From Bacteroidota bacterium (GTDB lineage Bacteria > Bacteroidota > Bacteroidia > B-17B0 > Aurantibacillaceae): a stretch of 64,000 nt of DNA. Shown here one piece after another: positions 9,025-16,643 of this stretch. Numbering within the stretch: position 1 is the first letter of the stretch; the number at the start of each line of letters is the position of its first letter. Made by a program: the position numbers and the translations under genes. The stretch spans positions 38,401 through 102,400 of the forward strand of contig JBBQKU010000012.1 of the NCBI GenBank assembly GCA_038327195.1, in the 5' to 3' direction. The notes under the pieces were generated by a model. The model saw nothing but the letters and a program-made list of their open reading frames with translations, ran no database searches and was not told where the DNA came from.

Positions 9025-9429
9025 TTATTGGTTTAAGGTATCTAATCCTATGTTTTTTATTTCTTTTCTTTTTGTTAAATTAACTACTGTTTCTAGAGCA
9101 TATTCAGCAGGCGTTGTTGAACTTCCTCCTTGATATTGTTTACTGTAAGCAACTACTCTATATTTTCCTTTCCGTAAATATTTAAATTCAAATTGCCCAT
9201 TCTCATTTGTTTTTACTGAAGTCCCAGGTGATGTTTCATCTCCAAAAAACAAATAAACAGATTGATTAATAGCAGGATAACGACCTGTAATAATTGTGAA
9301 AAAAGGATCATAATTTCTTACCCAAAACGTCCCTTTAATTTGCGCATTTCCTCCTTCTCCAGGCATCTTTTTACAACTAGTGCCAAGTAATAAGAACGAA
9401 CAGAAAATGATAATTAATTTTGAGTGCAT
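9025..9429 (-). CDS. Lipoprotein with carboxypeptidase-regulatory-like (CarboxypepD_reg) beta-sandwich; paralog of 12357..12755
   Basis: Lipobox LLGTSC; NGQFEFKYLRKGKYRVVA motif. Clear alignment with 12357..12755 (C-KK..G.GG.A.IKG...V.NYDP.FTI). Confidence 0.6.
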   Translation of the reverse strand: MHSKLIIIFCSFLLLGTSCKKMPGEGGNAQIKGTFWVRNYDPFFTIITGRYPAINQSVYLFFGDETSPGTSVKTNENGQFEFKYLRKGKYRVVAYSKQYQGGSSTTPAEYALETVVNLTKRKEIKNIGLDTLNQ

Positions 9430-9431
9430 AT

Positions 9432-11096
9432 TTATTTTGTTGAAATGAAATTTCCTTTTATATGGATTGAATTGTCTTCTGAAGTAATGTAGTAAAAGTA
9501 TATTCCGGAAACGAAATTAATTTTATTTAATTCAAATTCAGAGTTGGAATTAAATAATTGATTCACAATTAAATTACCAAAAGCATCATAGATTGATATG
9601 GTAGAAGAGTGAATTAATGAATTGTTTTTTAACTTAATAACCGATTTTTCATTAATAGGGTTTGGGTAACAAACTATATCAAGGCTTTTATTATTAGTAA
9701 GTTCATTAATTCCAACAATTTCAGCCCCAATATAAAATAAATGATGAGCATAAATTTCTATATCACTTAGGTTTCTTTTATCTTCCCAAATATATATTGC
9801 ACCACCAGTTCCATCAGTAGATAATGTAGCTGCAATTTGATCATCAGCGGCATTTGAAACTATCACCCCACCTGCTGGCCATTGTATTACGCCTAATGAA
9901 TTTAATTTTTGCGATTTAATATCCCAACCTGTAGATGTTGAATCTTGCCAAGCTACTATCACTCCGCCTAATCCATCTCTAATACTGTTTGGATTAATTG
10001 ACTTTAAACTCGAAGATATTTGAACACCATCAATCGGTAATTGAATTAGTCCTGTTAAATCAACTAACTGGGAATATATTTGTGTACTTGCGGTTCTATC
10101 ATCTTTCCAACTTATGATTACTCCTCCTGTTCCAATATATTTCATATCTATGGCACTTTGGTTATTTGTTGCAGCACAAATTACAACGCCATTCGCAGCC
10201 CATTGTGGTAAACCTGAAGCGTTGATGCGTTGTGCATAAATATCATAGTTTAATGCATTTCGTTTATCCACCCATCCTATAATTGCTCCATTACTTCCGT
10301 CGGGTTCAATACGAGGATTACTTTGAGTGTTTACAGAATTGCAAACTAATATTCCATTAGCCGCCCATCCAATAGCACCACTCGCATTTATTTGTTGAGC
10401 ATAAATGTCATAGTCCACATTCGAACGTTTATCTTGCCATGTTATAATTGCACCACCTAAACCATCTATGTCTAACGTGGGATTTTGCTGTTGATTTGGA
10501 GCATTACATATCGAAACACCATTTGCTAACCATTGAACAATTCCAGTTGAGGAAATTCTTTGAGCATAAACGTCAAAATAAAAACTAGCAGAATCTTCCC
10601 AAACTATAATTGCCCCTCCAGCATTATCACTAATAATTTTTGGGTTTTTTTGGTTTGTAGATCTGTTGCACACTAATAATCCATTAGTGCCCCAAAGTAT
10701 ATTTCCTGAAGAGTCTATTTTTTGAGCGTAGATATCATAATTTCCAGCTCTGCCGTCTTCCCAGGTGATGATTGAACTTCCATCAATTCCTCCAGACGTA
10801 ATATTATTTGATTTTTGTATTCCAAGTTCTGTGCAAATAGGAATCCCATTGGTTGCCCATTTTGCAAAGCCATTTGATTTTATTCGTTGGGCATATATAT
10901 CAGTTGAGTTAGTTAAATTATTTCTATTATCATCCCAAGAAATTACACATCCTTTTTTAGTATCTGATACCGTATGTATATTTTGTTGTGATTTCGGTTG
11001 AATAATCACGGCCGTGTTAAAGGTAGGGTTAGGGTTCCATTGCGAGAACATATTTGAAACTAATCCAATAAAAAAAAGAGATGTAATTTTTTTCAT
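9432..11096 (-). CDS. T9SS cargo protein with about eight ~55-aa tandem repeats (probable beta-propeller), family unknown
   Basis: Signal peptide. Repeats of the form [DN].DIYAQ[RKQ]I..[ST]G...W..NG..[IV]C......Q.NP.I..D..GGAI[IV].W.D.R. C-terminal CYPNPINEKSVIKL...GIYFYYI T9SS tail. Confidence 0.75.
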   Translation of the reverse strand: MKKITSLFFIGLVSNMFSQWNPNPTFNTAVIIQPKSQQNIHTVSDTKKGCVISWDDNRNNLTNSTDIYAQRIKSNGFAKWATNGIPICTELGIQKSNNITSGGIDGSSIITWEDGRAGNYDIYAQKIDSSGNILWGTNGLLVCNRSTNQKNPKIISDNAGGAIIVWEDSASFYFDVYAQRISSTGIVQWLANGVSICNAPNQQQNPTLDIDGLGGAIITWQDKRSNVDYDIYAQQINASGAIGWAANGILVCNSVNTQSNPRIEPDGSNGAIIGWVDKRNALNYDIYAQRINASGLPQWAANGVVICAATNNQSAIDMKYIGTGGVIISWKDDRTASTQIYSQLVDLTGLIQLPIDGVQISSSLKSINPNSIRDGLGGVIVAWQDSTSTGWDIKSQKLNSLGVIQWPAGGVIVSNAADDQIAATLSTDGTGGAIYIWEDKRNLSDIEIYAHHLFYIGAEIVGINELTNNKSLDIVCYPNPINEKSVIKLKNNSLIHSSTISIYDAFGNLIVNQLFNSNSEFELNKINFVSGIYFYYITSEDNSIHIKGNFISTK

Positions 11097-11248
11097 GTTT
11101 ATGATTATAATTTATGTAAATTGTAAATTTAAAATAAATATAACATTAATTTAACATTCATGCATTTTTTTTTAACTTAGCCAAATAACTTTAACCTCAT
11201 TTATTAAAATTATCTGTTTATTGTAATATTATTATTTTATTTTCATAA

Positions 11249-11938
11249 ATGTCGAAATTCGTAACGTATTTTATATTAATTCTTACAATCAATGTTTTTA
11301 GTCAAAAGCCACTAAAAGATTTTCAGGTTTGGGGAAATTTTGAAGTTGAATCACCTTTAAATAAAAGATGGATGATTCATGTTCAGCATCAAAGTAGGTT
11401 TGTAGAAAATGCAACAGAATATGGTTATTCATATTTTGATGCTGGTGCATTATTTCGAATAGGAAAAAATTTGCGATTTACGTTTAATTATATTTTCGCT
11501 GACAAAAAAAGAACAGATATTTCATATAGTTACCGCCATCAATTTGAAGGTTATTTTACATACCGAAAAAAGTTTGGAAAATTTACCTTTTTCGACCGTT
11601 TATTAAGTGATATGCAGTTTAAAGATTTTAATGCAGATAGGGAAGGTAACAGACTTCGTGATTTTTATATAAGGAATAAAGTTACGTTACGCTACAAATT
11701 ACCTTATAAATTAACTCCTTATTTAGCGCAAGAAACGTATTATAAATTAGATGGTATTTATTATGAGCGAGGGTATTATGGAATAAATAGAATTAGATTG
11801 TTTGGAGGGTTACTTTATAATATTACAGAACATTGGCAAGCAGAAGTTTCTTATACTATGGAATTTAATCATGATGCTGTAATACCAACTAATAATTATA
11901 TGCTGTCATTTGGTTTAGTAAAAACGTTCTTTCAATAA
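11249..11938 (+). CDS. Putative outer-membrane beta-barrel, DUF2490-like
   Basis: Signal peptide; alternating amphipathic strands rich in Y/R/F. Paralog of 12764..13456. Family name from memory. Confidence 0.5.
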   Translation: MSKFVTYFILILTINVFSQKPLKDFQVWGNFEVESPLNKRWMIHVQHQSRFVENATEYGYSYFDAGALFRIGKNLRFTFNYIFADKKRTDISYSYRHQFEGYFTYRKKFGKFTFFDRLLSDMQFKDFNADREGNRLRDFYIRNKVTLRYKLPYKLTPYLAQETYYKLDGIYYERGYYGINRIRLFGGLLYNITEHWQAEVSYTMEFNHDAVIPTNNYMLSFGLVKTFFQ

Positions 11939-11947
11939 TCGTGTTAT

Positions 11948-12250
11948 ATGAAAACTATAAGTAAAATAAATTATTTTCTAACAATACTTATTATTGTTGG
12001 GTTTTGTTTGTTTTGTTTTCAAAATACGATAAAAACAATTCATTCAAAATTTGTTTGTATTGAAGTTAATATGGACGATGAAACTGAGAATGAAGATTTT
12101 AAAAAAGATTGCGGAAATGATTATTTAATCTCAGAAAATAACGAAATAATTTTAGATCAATATTTTGAATCTATAGAGTTAAAAGGAAATGATCAATCTA
12201 TTTATTTTTCTTTTATTCAAAAAATTTTGGTTCCTCCACCAAGATCTTAG
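11948..12250 (+). CDS. Small N-terminally anchored acidic protein (family of three in this window)
   Basis: N-terminal TM/signal segment; acidic tract MDDETENEDF; C-terminal VPPPRS. Same architecture as 13480..13788. Follows a DUF2490-like gene after a 9-nt gap. Confidence 0.5.
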   Translation: MKTISKINYFLTILIIVGFCLFCFQNTIKTIHSKFVCIEVNMDDETENEDFKKDCGNDYLISENNEIILDQYFESIELKGNDQSIYFSFIQKILVPPPRS

Positions 12251-12356
12251 TCCTTTTTTTTAAATTCTTAAAGGACTATTAAGAATTATTTGACTTCAAT
12301 TATTTTATTATTCTGCATCTTCATTATTATGAGGTGTTAAAAACCAATTTTTATTT

Positions 12357-12755
12357 ATGATTAATTTTAAAATTAGTGCAATCGTTTTAATTATTTTTTG
12401 TTTTGTATCATGCAAAAAAGAAGCTGGACCAGGTGGAAAAGCAAATATTAAAGGAAAAGTTTATGTGAAAAATTACGACCCTTCGTTTACTATTTTATTA
12501 AGCGAATATTATGAGCAAGGCGAAAACGTATATATTACTTATGGTGATGAAACTACAGTTGGAGATAATATAAAAACATCCTATGATGGTTCCTTCATTT
12601 TTCCATATATGAGAGTAGGAAAGTACAAAGTTTGGGCAATATCAAAGGATTCTTCATCTGCAGATCCAGCAGCAACAAAAGCTATGATTCAAGAAATTGA
12701 AATAAAGGATAGAAAAGGCAATGTTAATTTACCGGATATAATTATTCTAAAATAA
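12357..12755 (+). CDS. Lipoprotein with carboxypeptidase-regulatory-like domain; paralog of 9025..9429
   Basis: Lipobox FCFVSC; DGSFIFPYMRVGKYKVWA motif. Confidence 0.6.
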   Translation: MINFKISAIVLIIFCFVSCKKEAGPGGKANIKGKVYVKNYDPSFTILLSEYYEQGENVYITYGDETTVGDNIKTSYDGSFIFPYMRVGKYKVWAISKDSSSADPAATKAMIQEIEIKDRKGNVNLPDIIILK

Positions 12756-12763
12756 ATTGAATC

Positions 12764-13456
12764 ATGAAAATAATTTATCTAAAAATATTGAATGTGATTT
12801 TTATTTTAATCACGTTAACAAGTCAAAGTCAAAAAGTATTTAAAGATGCAGGAATGTGGAATACCTTGTCTTTTAAACATAAAATAAATAAAAAACTTGC
12901 ATTACTTTTTACAGAAGAATTTAGAGTAAAAGAAAATTTTACACAAGTAAACTTAACTTACAGTGAATTTGGACTTGAATATACTTATAATAAAAATGTA
13001 AAAACTTCTATAGTTTACCGTGCAATTCAAAAGTTTCAATATGATAATCCATTAAGTTATAGAAACAGGATGCAATGGGACATTGGTTTGAAGAAGAATA
13101 TTGGTAAATATGGAATAAACTATCGACATCGATTGCAAGGAGAAGTAAAGGATTATTATACGAGTGAAAATGGACATTATAGAGAATGGTTTTCTCGCCA
13201 TAAAATTGGTGCGAAATATGAAATAAATGATAAATGGTCTATTGCTATTTCTGGTGAATATCGTTTGCAGTTGAGCGATCCTAGAAGTCCTGAATACAAT
13301 CGTGGTTTTCATAGACAACGATATCAGGCTGGTTTTACCTACAAAATAAACAATAAACAAGATTTTGGAATGTATTATTTATATCAAAATGAGTTTGCAA
13401 TACAAAATTTAACAGATATTTACATTATTGGTGTAGAATATTCGATTGAATTTTAA
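12764..13456 (+). CDS. Putative outer-membrane beta-barrel, DUF2490-like (paralog of 11249..11938)
   Basis: Signal peptide; strand periodicity; C-terminal aromatic residue (…VEYSIEF). Confidence 0.5.
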   Translation: MKIIYLKILNVIFILITLTSQSQKVFKDAGMWNTLSFKHKINKKLALLFTEEFRVKENFTQVNLTYSEFGLEYTYNKNVKTSIVYRAIQKFQYDNPLSYRNRMQWDIGLKKNIGKYGINYRHRLQGEVKDYYTSENGHYREWFSRHKIGAKYEINDKWSIAISGEYRLQLSDPRSPEYNRGFHRQRYQAGFTYKINNKQDFGMYYLYQNEFAIQNLTDIYIIGVEYSIEF

Positions 13457-13479
13457 AAAATAGAATATCTTTGCTTTAA

Positions 13480-13788
13480 TTGAAAAACTATACAACATAT
13501 TTTTTATTTTTCATTTGTCTTTCTGGTTTGCTATGCATTTCATTTAATTCAACTTTTAAATTATTGAAACAATCTGTTTCTGTTGTATTAAACGAATCGA
13601 ATTTTGACGATTTAGAAGATGAGGATGAAGCTGAAAAAAAAGAAATTGAAGAAGACTATGATCTAAATTCTAACTTCGAGACTTTAGATTATTTATATTT
13701 CTTTCAAAACAAAACAGACTTAAATCCTTTTGAAGCTAAATTAGTTTCAATGATTAAAAATATTCAAAGCCCTCCTCCAAAAATTTAA
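13480..13788 (+). CDS. Small N-terminally anchored acidic protein (paralog of 11948..12250 and 16148..16504)
   Basis: TM/signal segment; acidic tract FDDLEDEDEAEKKEIEEDYD. NPFEAKL matches NPLAEKL in 16148..16504. C-terminal SPPPKI. Confidence 0.5.
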   Translation: MKNYTTYFLFFICLSGLLCISFNSTFKLLKQSVSVVLNESNFDDLEDEDEAEKKEIEEDYDLNSNFETLDYLYFFQNKTDLNPFEAKLVSMIKNIQSPPPKI

Positions 13789-13859
13789 TTATTTAAATTG
13801 TTTGTATTTAAAATAATACAGACTCATTTTTAATAATTAATATTTAATTCAAAAAAAGT

Positions 13860-15383
13860 ATGTTTCAAAAAAATTTATTTGCTGATATTAAGGCAGGTGT
13901 TGTTGTGTTTTTAGTGGCTTTACCATTATGTTTAGGGATTGCGATGGCATGTAAGGTGCCATTATTTTCCGGAATCATTGCAGGTGTAATTGGTGGTGTT
14001 TTGGTTACAGTTTTTAGTGGCTCAAAATATAGTGTTTCTGGCCCAGCCGCAGGTCTAACAGCAATTGTGTTAGCCTCAATTACTCAGTTAGGAAGTTACC
14101 AAGCTTTTTTAGCTGCAGTTGTATTTGCTGGGGTTTTTCAATTAGTACTAGGATTATTAAAGGCTGGTTCTATTGGGAATTATATTCCAAATGCCGTAAT
14201 AAAAGGAATGTTAGCTGGTATCGGAATTATTTTAATTATCAAACAAATTCCTCATTTATTTGGATATGATAAAGACCCAGAAGGTGATGAACAATTTATT
14301 CAATTAGATGGAGAAAATTCGTTTACAGAATTGGTTCATATGATTAATTTTATTACACCAGGTGCTATAGTTATTGGTATAGTTTCAATTATTATTTTGA
14401 TTATAGCTGAAAAACCGTTTTATAAAAAAGATAAAATTTTATCTAATTTACCCGGACCACTTTTAGCTGTTGTGTTTGGTATTTTGCTAACAATAGCATT
14501 TAAAGGATATCCTTTTTTAACAATAGACCCTATGCACCTAGTTAATTTACCTATTATTTCCTCAATTTCTGACCTACAAACAAATTTATTTTTTCCTGAT
14601 TTTAGTTTTATTACTAATAGTAAATTTTGGATGATAGTTTTCACACTCGCTATTGTGGCAAGTTTAGAAACCTTATTAGGTATAGAAGCTGTTGATAAAT
14701 TAGACCCTGATAAAAACGAATCAAATACCAATAAAGAGTTACTAGCACAAGGAATAGGGAATATTGCTTGTGGTTTTATTGGTGGCTTGCCTGTTACTTC
14801 TGTTATTGTAAGAAGCTCTGCAAACATAAATTCTGGTGCTAAATCAAAATTATCAGCTATTATTCATGCATCGTTGTTATTAGTAAGTGTATTGCTTTTG
14901 CCAAATTTATTAGCCCTAATTCCTAACGCTTGTCTTGCTGCAATTTTAATAATGACAGGTTTTAAATTAACCAAACTCGCTATTTTTAAAGAGCAATGGA
15001 AATTTGGAATTGAACAATTCTTACCATTTGTAATTACTATTATTGTTATGCTTGTTACAGATTTATTAAAAGGAGTATGTGCAGGTTTAATTATTGCAAT
15101 TATTTATATAATTAGAGATAATATTAAATCTTCATTTGATTCCACTAGCGAGATAATGAATGGACAATTATATTATTTGATAAAATTACCACAACAAGTT
15201 ACTTTTTTCAATAAAGGTTATTTAATTAATTTTTTTAGAGAAATAAAGCCGAATAGTAAAGTAATAATTGATGGAACAATCAATAAAAAAATGAATAGAG
15301 ATTCAAAAGATGTTATTTCAAACTTCATTGAATCGGCTAATAAAAGAAAAGTAGAAATAGAACTTATAAAATATAAAAAATAA
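13860..15383 (+). CDS. SulP-family inorganic anion (bicarbonate/sulfate-type) transporter with short STAS-like tail
   Basis: N-terminal DIKAG..V.LVALPL.LGIA and SVIVRSSANINSGAKS motifs typical of SulP/SLC26; many TM helices. Sits 2 nt upstream of a beta-carbonic anhydrase gene. Confidence 0.85.
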   Translation: MFQKNLFADIKAGVVVFLVALPLCLGIAMACKVPLFSGIIAGVIGGVLVTVFSGSKYSVSGPAAGLTAIVLASITQLGSYQAFLAAVVFAGVFQLVLGLLKAGSIGNYIPNAVIKGMLAGIGIILIIKQIPHLFGYDKDPEGDEQFIQLDGENSFTELVHMINFITPGAIVIGIVSIIILIIAEKPFYKKDKILSNLPGPLLAVVFGILLTIAFKGYPFLTIDPMHLVNLPIISSISDLQTNLFFPDFSFITNSKFWMIVFTLAIVASLETLLGIEAVDKLDPDKNESNTNKELLAQGIGNIACGFIGGLPVTSVIVRSSANINSGAKSKLSAIIHASLLLVSVLLLPNLLALIPNACLAAILIMTGFKLTKLAIFKEQWKFGIEQFLPFVITIIVMLVTDLLKGVCAGLIIAIIYIIRDNIKSSFDSTSEIMNGQLYYLIKLPQQVTFFNKGYLINFFREIKPNSKVIIDGTINKKMNRDSKDVISNFIESANKRKVEIELIKYKK

Positions 15384-15385
15384 TT

Positions 15386-16024
15386 ATGGACAAAGCATAT
15401 CAAAAATTAATAGATGGGAATAGGCGTTTTGCAATGACAAAAAAATTTGATGACCCTGAATATTTTAAGAAATTATCCTTGGGACAAAAACCAGATTATT
15501 TATGGATTGGCTGTAGTGATAGCCGTGTACCAGCAAATGAAGTAACAAGTACTGAAAGTGGTGAAATGTTTGTGCACCGTAATATTGCAAATTTAGTAGT
15601 TCATACCGATTTAAATTTATTAAGTGTCTTAGAATACGCTGTTAAAGTATTAGAAGTAAAGCATATTATTGTTTGCGGACATTATGGTTGTGGTGGTGTT
15701 AGAGCTGCAATGACAAGCAAATCATTTGGCTTAGTTGACAACTGGTTACGAAACATTAAGGATGTTTATAATAAAAATGTTGTTGAATTAAATGCAATTA
15801 ATAATGAAGATAAACGAATTGATCGTTTAACAGAATTAAATGTGATTGAGCAAGTAAAAAATTTGGCAAAAACTACTATCATTCAAGAAGCTTGGAAACA
15901 AAGAAAAAGTGAGCTTCATTTACATGGTTGGGTTTATGGAATTAATAGTGGACTTATAACAGATTTAAATGTGATACATGATGAAACAGGAGATTTAGAC
16001 CCTATTTATAGGCATGAATTTTAA
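15386..16024 (+). CDS. can: Beta-class carbonic anhydrase (E. coli Can-like, type II)
   Basis: CSDSRVP and CGHYGCGG zinc-ligand motifs. Colinear similarity to E. coli Can across the protein as I recall it (FVHRN.ANLV.HTDLN.LSV..YAV.VLEV.HII.CGHYGCGGV...HGW.YGI..GL..DL). Confidence 0.9.
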   Translation: MDKAYQKLIDGNRRFAMTKKFDDPEYFKKLSLGQKPDYLWIGCSDSRVPANEVTSTESGEMFVHRNIANLVVHTDLNLLSVLEYAVKVLEVKHIIVCGHYGCGGVRAAMTSKSFGLVDNWLRNIKDVYNKNVVELNAINNEDKRIDRLTELNVIEQVKNLAKTTIIQEAWKQRKSELHLHGWVYGINSGLITDLNVIHDETGDLDPIYRHEF

Positions 16025-16086
16025 TTAATAAAAAACTAACTATTTGTTTAAATAATTAGTTCAAAATTTTAGTTATTGTAAAAAAA

Positions 16087-16116
16087 GTTAATAATTCTTG
16101 AATTATTAACTTTTTT
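16087..16116 (+). terminator. Rho-independent terminator after can
   Basis: Perfect 10-bp stem gttaataatt / aattattaac with loop cttg, followed by ttttttctgttttt. Confidence 0.75.
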
Positions 16117-16147
16117 CTGTTTTTATGACTACCTTTATGTACTGAAA

Positions 16148-16504
16148 ATGAAAATTAATAAGTCCGCATATTTTTCAATTTTTTTCTTACTATGTTTTAT
16201 TACATCGTTTGGTGCTAAAACATTACAAAATCTAAATACCAATACTTCTTTTAAAAAGTTTAATACTAAAGAATTAGATGTTGTTTCTAATAAATATGAC
16301 AAAACTTCAAGTAGTAGTGATTTTTTATTTGAAGAAAATGAAAATGAAGTTGAAGATGGCTTAGGCTTACAAGCATTTATTTTACCCTATTTCATTACCT
16401 ATTTTCAATATGAGGTTTTAAAACCTCAAACTATTTTCGCCAATCCTTTGGCAGAAAAACTAAAAAATCCCATTTATATTGCGGTTTGTAATTTCCGAAT
16501 TTGA
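16148..16504 (+). CDS. Small N-terminally anchored acidic protein (third member of the family)
   Basis: Signal/TM segment; acidic tract FLFEENENEVEDG; NPLAEKLKNP motif shared with 13480..13788. Located directly upstream of the second SulP gene. Confidence 0.45.
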   Translation: MKINKSAYFSIFFLLCFITSFGAKTLQNLNTNTSFKKFNTKELDVVSNKYDKTSSSSDFLFEENENEVEDGLGLQAFILPYFITYFQYEVLKPQTIFANPLAEKLKNPIYIAVCNFRI

Positions 16505-16643
16505 TTTTTTTAATTCCACCTACTTATATTTTGTAGGCTATTAGCTTAACCAATAAGCTTTTTATCACAAATTACCTTCTAGTTATTTGTGAAAGCAGTT
16601 TTAATATTGCTTTTATAGAATTAAATTAATTAAATAAGAAATC

